From Nageia nagi (Eukaryota; Plantae; Pinophyta): 64,000 bases of DNA. The position numbers and the translations under genes are program-made. This document shows, piece after piece, positions 36,701 to 48,700 of the stretch. The stretch is taken from assembly GCA_050084985.1 (NCBI GenBank), contig JBITNC010000001.1:187860001-187924000 (forward strand), in the 5' to 3' direction. How positions within the stretch are numbered: the first letter of the stretch is position 1; each line of letters opens with the position of its first letter. The notes beneath the pieces were generated by a model. That model saw only the letters and a list, made by a program, of their open reading frames with translations, was not told where the DNA came from and made no database searches.

Positions 36701-39700
36701 AACAAACAAACCAACAATTAATTATATAGGTCATAGAACTCACAATAGAGATAGAGGCAAAAAAACACATTTGTAAACTTCAAAACCAAGAATTCATTTG
36801 ACCCATTGACTAAATCAGATCCTGAAGAAGAATCCAATCCACAAGAAGAAAAAGAAAGCAATCTCCTATAAAATAACCTCAATATTGCCAAACAAATCCC
36901 AACACCTTTTGTGCCTACATATATCTTTACACTTGTGCCCACTCCAACGCCTAATTACCCCTCACCCCCCTACCAAGAGCACAATCCCCCATAGGGATGA
37001 GACCACCCCCAACCCAATAAACTCGAATGAAAATCCAAAACAATGAAAGTCACTATGAGCACTCAAAAGCCTGTAGATGTTGGAAAAGGCCCAATTGATA
37101 GACCCTCAGAAGGCAAAATAAGACACCGCAAAACAACAAAACAAATTGCTAATGGAATCAAAAGGATCCTAGACCAAGACGGAGGATTCTTCACAACACG
37201 ATCCATTAAACGATAGATACAACAAAAAGGGAACAACCTGATGTAGACATATACTCTGTTCTTTTTTCTATTTCAATAGGATTTGTTCTTTGTATGGAAT
37301 TACACTAATAGATCCACAAATATTTGACTGTATAAATAGGTTTTCGATCCTGTTCTAGCTAGTACAACACACCCCAAATTTTACCAGATTTGGGGACCCA
37401 CAAAGTTTGACGATGGAGCATACCAAGATTCATTATGGGTGAAATTCAAGAGCGTTAGATGCAAAGTGGAAGCCCATATCTCTCCAAGCATAGGTTTCCC
37501 AAAAGACACCCATCATATCCACCCCCAGGCTTGCGCCAACCTCCCAAGGACTCTAACGAACAAAGTTAGGTCTAGCATTCCAAGAGACACCCATCATATC
37601 CACCCCCAGGCTTGCGCCAACCTCCCAAGGACTCTACTTTAAGGTCTAGCATTCCTTGAAAGTCTCAAGATTGCTTAGGGTCCAACATTCCCTAAGATTA
37701 TCTGAGGACTACCATTACCACTGAGAAGTCATGGAAACCCTCAAGGATTCACTCCACCATTGCTACTGCTAAAATCTCCATCAGGGAGACATTACTGAAG
37801 GTTGAAGACCCATAACTACTACTGAGGAATAGGAAGCCCTAGTTGCTTCCCAATTGAAGAATCATCACCACAACTAGGGCATCACATAAAGGAGCTCACT
37901 TGGAAATCTTGGCATCACCATTTCAGCCCTACGACAAGTCGTCCACCTCATTTTGTGCTCCTATCCGAATCAGAGGATTTTGGGTTGAGATCTAGTCTCC
38001 TTGGCTGAAACATCTCACCTAAGGCATCATTTTGCTCCCAAAGAGGCATGTAAACATTTTTTTACCATTATTAATTCAAGATACATTCTATGGCATTATA
38101 AAATATTATTTTCAAGAGTTTCATCGAGATCTAATGTTTGGCTATTGGACGACGTGTTTTATTGTAAATTTTGAATAGATCTAGCCTTTGCATAATTCAT
38201 CCTATTTTGGAAGCATAATTTAGGGCATTTTGGGTATTTGAAGTGCATGAATAGGCATGAATGGATTTATGGTGATTTATGAGAATTTTTAATAATTTAC
38301 TTAAGCCCCATTTAAACAATTTCGGTTGAGCCCTAGTTCAGCTCATTACATCCTCCCCACTTCTCAGATCCGAAGTAGGAGCCCTAGCCGAATTCTCTCC
38401 TTAGGTTGTTCTCATGCGGATCAATTGCTCCAAAAGATTATTCATTTAGTCCTATCCTCTTTGAATACCCTTCATTGTGTCTTCAAATGCTTTGGCTCTT
38501 CTTTCATCCCTTGAGAGAGGGTTTTCGGATCTCTCTCGCTTCTTATGTCAATCCATGTTTTCAACTATATGGATAAGTATTTGGCCACATAAATTCTCCT
38601 CATAGGCTAGCAAGATATTGGCTTCAATACCACTATAATGATCCAAACTAGGAAAAAGCACAAATTAGTCTCTTAAATTTCAGATTTGCCAAATGATGCC
38701 CTAGTTACCAATTTCATTCACCAAGCCACTTCAAGTTCATACAACTTCATGCATCAACATTTCAGATTTAAACAAATTATGCCCTAATTTTAGATCTGAA
38801 ACAAATACTGAAAAATGCATGCACATGAGCCACAAAAATCAAAATTGAGTATCAATCAACTTCATCCACCATAACAAACAAGTATGAATATCAAATGAGC
38901 AAGTAGGGCACCCTAGAAAGTGTGCGAACCACCTAGGGGCTGAAACAAGTGTATGAAGATACTCAAAAATATGTCCTTGGCTCTCCGAGGCTAGGCGAAC
39001 CACTTGGAAGGCTGAAGAAGGGTGCAAAATGCCTCCTAAAGATGAATCCTCCAATGAATGACCTAGGGGTTTTCATCCCTAATCCCTCCGAAACCAAGGG
39101 GGTTTTCGTCCCCAAGGTCCCCCTTGTAGGTTTTCGTCCATAAGAGGGAAGAAGAAGGTTTATTTCAGCTGCTCCTCAAAGAAGAAGATGATTTGATGTC
39201 GAATAATGCCTTTTCCAACTAGGTGCATCTTCCTTAAATACATGAAAATGCACAACATCATGACATGACCGACCTCCTTGGGACTAAAAACATCATCATT
39301 ATGGCTAACCTGCTCCTCGGATAATAAATGATAAATGACATTATCCTGGCCGACTTGCTCATCATAATCCTTCATTGAAATCATAAAAAACACCACCATG
39401 GTGGGCATCCCATATTGAAACTACAAATTACACATTATTACATCAAAAGATGTGTGACAACGTGAAAAATATCTCAAAAGGCATGTGACAATGCCAAAAG
39501 TATCGAAAAACACTCCTAAGTACTAAAAATCACAAAAAAGAGGGACATCCCACTCCAAGTGGCCCAAGAAAATCATCATAATGCAAAATTGAGTGAGACA
39601 CCAAAAATGGGGTCATTACAATTCCACCCTCCCAAAATTGCTTTTCCTCAAACAATGCCAACGCGATCTAATCATCGCTGAAATCAATGGTGATTCAGGG

Positions 39701-42700
39701 TCCCAAATCAATATCGAATAAGGCCCATCCTAATGACGTTGCATCACTCTAATTGTGAAACCATCATACCAAAGTTGAACTCTCTCCCTTATGATAGCAA
39801 GAGAAATCCATGGTGCAAAAGACGAACGATAAGTCACTAAGAAGATGAATCCTGATGTGTCATGATGAATCCCAATGAACAATGCTCCAATCATGAAGGA
39901 TATGAACCGTTCCAAGAATGGTTTCCCATGGTCGGCTGAAAATTGTCTCCGACTATCCCATGCATGCACTTCCTCTCTCACCAAGCTCCCGCTGAAGAAT
40001 GATACCAATGGAACTCCACGAATAACAAGAACAAATAAGGGTACAAAGGGAGAAGGAAGAATCCCAAGATGAAAGCCACAATGTCCAATGCATCATGATG
40101 TAGTCTCAGGAGTAATGTGGCAACATATGCTAGCTGAAAATGGTCTCCATTCCTTCGTTGGCATTTGAATTTCCACTTGCCAATATATTGCTGAAAGTTG
40201 AAGCTGATGAAACTCCATAGATGATCAACCAAGGGCTTTTGACTTTGCAAAAATAGAAATCAACAAGTGAAAAACAGGATTTGTGTGTGAGCTCCCAAGA
40301 AGTCTCTGAACATTGGCTGCTCTTGAAATAGTGCCAACACTGAACTGGATCAGGTCTGATTTCTTTGAAATCAGGTCTGATTTTGCCCCAAAACTCTGAT
40401 TTACTTTCTTTCCTGAAGCTGCATATTGAAAAGGCTCATCACGGGTTACCCATCGCACAAGGATGGGGCTGAAAAGTAAGAGGAAATCTGATAACATGAA
40501 CTGTTGCAAAAATCAGAAATTAAACTCATGAACTGTTGCAAAAATCAGAAATTAAACTATGTAAAGATTGATCAGGATACTTCCTCATTCTTGAGTTTTG
40601 CCTCTCAACATTTAGTGCATCAAAATCCCAAGTTTCTCCCTTTCCAATGGCTGCCATAGGTCCTACATATGGCGCTGAAAAGGTGAAGCAAATCAAAGCT
40701 GCCACAAAACTCAATGATAAAATAAAGCAAGGGCTGATCCAAGTACTCTCTTATCCTTATGTTTTGTCTCCTAATGTCCCATGCTCCCCAATCTTCATCT
40801 CCTAAGGCTATCTCCATGCAATGGTTGTCACAAACAAGAAGAATCGTGGCACTTCCCACCCCTTATGGAAATCACAAAGATATTTCTCCAATGCAGCGCA
40901 TAATCAAAGTGTACATATCATGGAGTTTTCATAATGACTGGTTGCTGTCCTATCCCAAACTTGATGTATTTTGGGACTGTTACCTCTCAAATTAAATTAA
41001 TGTTACCTAGTTGGCTGAAAACAAGAGGTAGCCCAAACTTGTGTGCCATGTGTTGAGTTCCCCATGCTCCCATCTCCAAATTGGTTATCTCACTTTCAGC
41101 AACCTCCCTCAATTGTTTTTCCCTAGCATCCCCGTGAATGCCAAGACTATGCCAAAATGATAGACTGTTGCCATAATGCATACAAAAATCAGAATTGACT
41201 TCATACCTTTTAATTATGTTTCCATGGCTCAAGAGTCTCTCTTTCAAGGCTGGTCTCCTCTTCATTGCTAGGTGGTACTTGGGAAAATTCAGCTCCATGC
41301 AAGAATAATTTTGATTTGCCTTCAAGATCATGTACCTCAAAATCATTCTCTTCTATAATACTCCTATGTGGCAAGGCATCAACAACTTTTGACTTGAACT
41401 CCTCTTCTTTCACATATTCGTCATTGGACGACAGAGAGCTGAAGTGTCTTTTGAGTCAACAAAGGCTTGTTCCCAAAAAACATTCCAATCTCCAAGTTTA
41501 TTTTCAGGAACCTATTTTTGTAGGCTGCTAACTCATTCAGTGACTCTTTTTTCAAAATTGACCATTCATTAAGTATTATCATGTAGAAGTGCTGATTATG
41601 GCCCTCTTCCATGAATTGCCTCCCAAGGAACTTCATTGAGTTAGCTTTATCAAATGTAGAAGTAAGGAATAAAGTACGGATATGAAATTTGTTTTCGTGC
41701 CTTCCCTTTTTGTTGTACTTTTCCACATTTTGTTGCCATAGCTTGAAGTAAAATTCATTGTGTATGTCTATAGCCAAGAACCAAGGTTCAACAGCTTTAG
41801 ATCCCTGGAATTCTTTACCAAAGGGCTGCACAAAATAGTCTAAAGTGTTGGATCTACTGTATATAACTGCTGCCCAAGCCTGCTGCTCCCAAACTGTTTT
41901 TCCAGCCAACAGTAGATATGTTTTTTTCTATCCAAAAACATAGTTTTAGCAGCCACAAACAAGTTGACACCTTTCTGAAAGACATCTCCCACATGCTGAA
42001 GTCTGTCCTCCAAATCACACAACAAAATGAACTTCAAATCAGCTGATCCTTTGTCAACATGAAGATTTTTGTACTCTATTCCCATTGTAGATGCACAAGA
42101 CGAATGAACTACATCAATTTTGGAATCTTCAAGATGCAATCCTTTGTTCCTACAAGCTTCATCAAGGATGCCCAATTATGCACTAGAGTACTATTGCTAG
42201 GAAACAAACACGATTCATCATACCTCTCAATGATGTCTTCCCCAATATCATCTTTCATGCATAATTCCTGAGACAAATTTTGGTCACAAGGGAGTTCATC
42301 CCTCTTGGGTTTTCATCATATTCCGATGTCCATGCTCCTGGATCCCACAGCTGGCTGCTTTGTTTTGAGGAAGTATGTGTATTTTGCTCCTTATGAGTGG
42401 ATGTCTTTCCAAATAAATCACCCTTCAAGCTATTATTTATAGGTTTTGTTTGGGATTCAAACCTATTTGAAATCTTTCCAAATAAATCATCTCATTGTTA
42501 ATGCTATGCCAAGTTAATGAATTGGTGTCATAAAAATCAGAATTACTTCCATACCTGTTATGGCCATTGCAAGTCTCAAGTGCTCCTTCAAAGCTCATCC
42601 CATGATCAAAATCAGCCTTATGCAATAATAAGTTTGATTTGTCCTCAAGATCAACCTCCTCCATGATGTATCCTAGGTCCCATTGATGTATGGGCTCATC

Positions 42701-45700
42701 AACCAATTTTGATTAGAATTCCTCTTCTTTCTTTCTTTTCCTAGTCGTTCATTCATTATCATTTTGTCTTCAGGAACATCTTCATCCAAATCTGATTTCA
42801 TTTTATCATTGTCTTGTTTTTCTTCAAGCTTGCTTTCTTCATTGATTGCAGGTAGCCATGTGGGTGAAGAACAAGCATGGGAGCTTTCCCTTCCTTGATC
42901 ACATGTGGCAACATGAATTGTTGGTGGTGTTTCTTTTCTCTTCACATTTATTGCCGCTCCAATTCCCATTTACCTTCTTCCCCAAAATCTCTAAAAATAG
43001 TTGAAAAGAAACACCCTTCTTGAATTTTTTGGATCTACCTTGATACTCCAGATAAAGGGCCTCCATCTCCTCCTCCTCACTCCTCAAATCCATCATAGAA
43101 ACCCTAGCCAAATTCTCTCCTTGGGTTGTTTTCATGCAGAGCAATTGCTCCAAACGATTATTCATTCAATCCTATCCTTTTTGAATACCCTTCATTGTGT
43201 CTTCAAATGCTTTGGCTCTTCTTTCATCGCTTGAGAGAGGATTTTTCAGATTTTTCTTGCTTCTTATGTCAATCCATGTTTTCAACTATATGGATGAGTA
43301 TTTGGCCGCATCAAATTCTCCTCATAGGTTGGTAAGATCTTGGCTTTGATACCACTGTAATGATCTAAACTAGGAAAAAGCATGAATTATTCTCTTAAAT
43401 TTCAGATTTTCCAACTGATGCCGTAGTTACCAAGTTCATTCACCAAGCCGCTTCAAGTTCATACAACTTCATGAATCAACATTTCAGATTTAAACAAATT
43501 ATGCCCTAATTTCAGATCTGAAAAAAGTACTGAAAATGGAGCACATATGCCACAAAAATCAGAATTGAGTATCAATCAATTTCATCCACCATAACAAACA
43601 AGTATAAATATCAAATGAGCAAGTAGTGCACCCTAGAAAGTGGACGAACCATGCTGAAACAAGTGTATGAAGATACTCAAAAATATATCCTTGGCTCTCC
43701 AGGGCTAGGCAAACCACTTGGAACACTAAAGAAGGGTGCAAGATGCACCACAATGCCTCCTAAACATGGGTGCTCCACTCCAAGACTCCTCAAATGCGCA
43801 ATCTCGAATGTTGAAGTATTATTGAAGCTCTAGATGAATCCTCGAATGAATGACCTAGGGGTTTTCATCCCTAATCCCTCCAAAACCAAGGGGTTTTTCC
43901 TCAAAGAAGAAGATGATTTGATCTTGAATGATGCCTTTTCCAACTGGGCGCCTCTTCCTTAAATACATGAAAATGCACAACATCATGACATGGCTGACCT
44001 CCTTGGGACTAAAAAATATCATCATTATGGCTGAACTGCTCCTTGGATAATAAATGATAAATGACATTATCCTAGCCTACCTGCTCATTACAATCCTACA
44101 TTGAAATCATAAAAAACACCTCCATGTTGGGTGTCCAATCTTGGGACTACAAATTACGCATTATTACATCAAAAGACATATGACAATATGAAAAATATCT
44201 CAAAAGGCCTATTACGATGCCAAAAGTATCAAAAAACACTCCTATGTACTAAAAATCATAATGCAAAATTTAGTGAGACGCCATAAATGGGGTCACTACA
44301 TTGGGCTTGGGCCACTTCATCATGGCAACATCAATCTCTCCTCCAACCACATGCCCAAGGTAGCTGAAGGATTGCTTGGCAAACTTATTTTTCATATTTC
44401 AACAAATTTCTTCAAAGCTATTAAAACAACCCTTAGACAATGAACATGTTGCCATCTTTTGCTAAAAACCAAGATTTCATCCAAGGATGCCACAAAATCG
44501 TCCAAATATTGACATGATTCAGTAGCCTCATGATAGTGGCTAGTGCAAAGCATAGACGAAATGGTGTTATCAATCATTCATAAAAGCATTGTCTTAATGG
44601 CTATCTTCAAAATGTTAGACACCTAATCCTTGGAGATTATCGTATTTGTAATAGAGTAGTAATATTTAGTAAATATAGTAAATTTGCATGTAGGAGATTA
44701 GTGGAATATTAGAAGTCATAAGGAAGTGCATATGAAGAGTCCATGTGTAATTCAAAGGTAACCCATGAAGGTGAATCCATAAAGTCACTTTGAGATTGTA
44801 TTTATTCTCATCTTGAATCTAATACAATGTTTTTTGCTTGGAGTTAATGGATAAATTCACAACGATTAGAGCTTGTGTTGGAAGACCAAGAATTCTTGAA
44901 GACTAGGAACAATTGATGACCAAGAACTCTTGAAGACCAAGATGTATTGAAGACCAAGAACTCTATTAACTCCATGAATGAAACAAAACTCTACCAATCT
45001 TTTTCCAGAAATCTTTGCTTCTTGTTTTTTCAAACTTTGTATCTTCAAATCAAATTCTGAGACCATATTGTGATACCCATTTTCAAGCTGCTCATTTTGG
45101 TATATTTGATCACATGTTTTAGAGCTTGTATATTCGAAAGAATTGGGCAATATAATGCTTGCCTTTAGTTGTATTAGACATATCAGCCTTGTTTGTTAGA
45201 TTGATAGGAGTCCTTTTTTTTCGAGGAGAATAAATATTAGGTCGAATTTTTTTCTTGCATGTAGGGTTTACGGTGCAATTTTTTTTCCTCTCATTAGTCC
45301 ACCTATTTTGGCTTTAGGGTTTCTTTGAATTGTGTTTGCTTGTTAAAGATTTGCCTAACACCCAAGAAACACCTCGGTACCACTATGCCTATGTGGTGGA
45401 GCCTGTGTTTGAGGTTGTAGACCCTATGTGGACGATCCGTGTTTGACTTCGTAGACCCTGTTGGGATGCTTTTCTTTCCCACGCGGGACACTCTGAATAT
45501 CGCGGGCGGAACTTATGAGATCCCAAGCAATATAGTTGGAAATGCATTACCAATTCCCCCGTTTGAAAAGGACTGTGTACCTCCAAGGCTCTTGTTGAAA
45601 CACCCTGCCAGTGACCCCAACGTTGTGACATTGTAAGGTTTGTTCGCCCAATGTGTTTTCTGAATAGGGATAGAAATAGAAATAAAGTACGGTATTCCTC

Positions 45701-48700
45701 TTTGGAATCAGCCTCAATGGAATGGAATGAGAGATATATAGTCTGTTAACCAACGATGTTTTATTCTTTGATGTATAGAGTTTGTTCGGAGCTTTTGTGT
45801 GTGGACTTAACGATCATATTTGGCATGAAAGCATAAAGAAAGCGTAAAGGTAATACTGTAACGAGGTGAAGGAAAACACCTTGGAGAAAGAAAGAATACT
45901 TGGTCAGATATGAGGTTGAGGTTCACTGACGAGAAAGTCTCTAAGAGTTAATCTCTTCCGGATCGGTTAAGGACTCTTCATCCAATTCATCCAACCTTGC
46001 AAGCAAACAACTTCACATTCGAAATGCTTCAAAGAGGAGCATGGAGGAATGCCAATTGCTGGTTTTCTATGAATAGGACCGATTCAATTGAATGGAAATG
46101 GAAGGTCTCAAAGTGAATGGATCATGGTTTTGGATGAAGGACCTAACAAGATGTCATAGAAGTAGAAACTAACATAGAATACCCAATCCACTTGCATGCT
46201 AAGGACCAAGCAACAAACATAGGTAGGCTTCAAGCACTTTTTAATGTCTTTCAGAGATAACTTCCCTAAAGCCCAAGAGCTTTCAAAGGAATAAAATGAA
46301 AGTACACAAACTCACTATGAGTGCCCTCAAAGAATCAATCCATAGCATCAATATGAAAAGTGTCAAACTCAAGTCTTTGCATTAACCACTTTGTATTTTC
46401 TTTGTAAAAGAATTACATAAAAATTTTCACAATTTTTCTCTTTTTACAAAAAATTTGAACTTCTCAAAATTTTCGTTCCTTGAAAAGTTCCAAACTTTCA
46501 ATCTACATAAAAGTGACCCCATGGGGTCTATTTATAGAATTTCTAGGGTTTCCAAGTGTTGCCCTGATTCTATAAAAAAATATTAAAATATTACATAGTT
46601 GCCTGCTACCACTAAGTCAACTAACTTTTGGTGCTCTACTTGCCAGGCTGACTAATCATGAGAGCAAGGTTAGTCGAGTTTTGGTGCTCAACTTTCCCAG
46701 CTGATTGATTCACAAAATTTTTGAAAGTGACGAAAATTATGGTGCCTGATTTGCAATTTGCACATGTGATGCAATGGTGGCCTCGAAGTTCGTGCCCATG
46801 AAGATTTCTCTGTTCTTGACTCCGGTGTTGAGGATCTCCATTATCCCTTCATTTGCCAACAGATATGTGGTGATGGTCTTTTAAGTCTTCTTCATTTCGC
46901 TGCACCATACTGCCATATTGCTACCATATTTGAGCTATTTGCCAGATTTGAGGACATTAATATCTTTAGTTTCGAGGTAAGTGTTGATCATTAGCTGGAC
47001 CTCATTTATTATTGTGGAATAGTCCCTACTGTGTCCATCTTCCTCGATCAGCCTTAGATCAAATTGGTATTCTGCTTGTTTCTTCATGTCTACTTTGAAA
47101 TTTGTCCGAACTTGGATGAAATCCTGACACTTTGAAACAGCGTAGAACAACCAATCATACTGGTAAAAGAATTGATGACAGTACTCCAGTATTATTGGCG
47201 TGCAAAAAGCTTTCCTTCTTAGCTCATGCATCACCTGGCAATCAATTCACGAATCCTGTCTTGAGCAATGAACGATCCATTGTCTTCAATAAAGAAATTA
47301 GTTATTTCTAGGAATAACTCTTGAATAGCCTCTTTGGTCTCGTTAATCCACTCTTGTTTGACCGCTTGAATCCCGGTATTCAACGAGATCTGCTTCTTGA
47401 TGTCTTCAACTGTCAGGTTAGCAGCTTGGATATCAACAATCAATTTCCTCTTTTCAACCAATTCTCTTTTCAACTCCCTGAGCTCCACCTTTTGTGATGT
47501 GTTCTCCTCTGTCAGCGCTGCAACATTAGAAACTATTGCATGTTGCCTGCCCAAATTTCCAATTGCTTTACATGGCTCTTCTCGTGTTTCCACCACTAAT
47601 GCAAATTCTCCATCGACATTATGATGATGGAATTATCCTTCATCGAGATGTAAGTGGCTACATGCTCAAGTTCATTCTCTGATTCCTGATCAGTTTCAAG
47701 GTCAGCACGGGCTTCGGATAGATGATACGTTCTTAAGTTTTTTAAGAGCGTCGCCATGTCGAAATTGCAACTCGGCCTAGGATTGGCAACTATAGTCACT
47801 TGTCTCTCTAGATTCCCTTGATGTTCTTCCTCTCTCCTTTTCTTCCTCTAGTCTTCATCTTCACTCTCATCCTCTTCATTTCCTCCATCCCCTCCTAATG
47901 AGGAAGCTATTCTGTTGGATGCCGGGGGGTCCTTCTTGAAGCAAGTGGTGGAGGTTTTCTCTGAGGTGGAGGTGTCTTCTTTGGTTGTCAAGGCATGGAA
48001 GCCCATGTAGACGTAGGTCTTGTTGCTTGAATGGGTTCTTCCATGGTAGGAGGACTTATGGCCGGTATCTCTTCGACTAATGAATCTGATTCATCGCCTG
48101 AGATGTAAGGTATTTCAGATATCTGGCCATCTTCTAAGGGATCTCTCAAGAGGTGTCCTTCATCGATCTCATATTCATCCTCGCTGTCACTAAGCAGGAG
48201 AACTAGGGCCAAAATAATATAATTGTCCATCTCGGGATGGACCTTTGGGAGGGACTTCCACCAGCTTTCTTAAGCGTTTGTATGGGTGCGAAGTGCTTCC
48301 AGTCTTTTTAGTGTTTCTTATCTCTTGCAATAATCCTTGTATGCTCTAATCAATAGTTTGCCCTAGTTGAACAATGAGTGTGGCATATTGACCAGATTGC
48401 CCCTATGTCAATCTCACTGAAGGTGAAATTGGTGGCGGTTCACACGAAATCGAGGGATTTTTTTTAAGGATTATCGAAGGATGTATCCTAGCTACTGCAT
48501 TCTCCTCTTGCAAACCTCTTTTCTTCTTCTTATTGGTCATGGTTTGCTTGAGCTTCTCTTTTGCCACCAAGTCCCTGTTTATCTTGCTGATTTGCTCGAT
48601 GTCATCTATATTTCTGTAGCTTTCGAGCTTTCCTAGGGACTTGTGAGGGTAATCGGTTTGCCAGGTTTTCTTATAGAATGCACCGATTACACCTTCAGAA

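Noticed and set aside
45603-45625. Athila-type tRNA-Asp PBS inside copy 5 (TGGGGTCACTGGCAGGG after CAACG, minus strand)
   Set aside because: Only 11 of 17 positions match TGGCGCCGTTGCCGGGG, it is absent from copies 2 and 3, and the TSD places the true end at 45459.
45915-45975. Possible hammerhead ribozyme (CTGACGAG core), as in retrozymes
   Set aside because: No correctly placed stem II-GAAA-stem III-UH, and the homologous segment of copy 1 (~9390-9470) does not keep the core.
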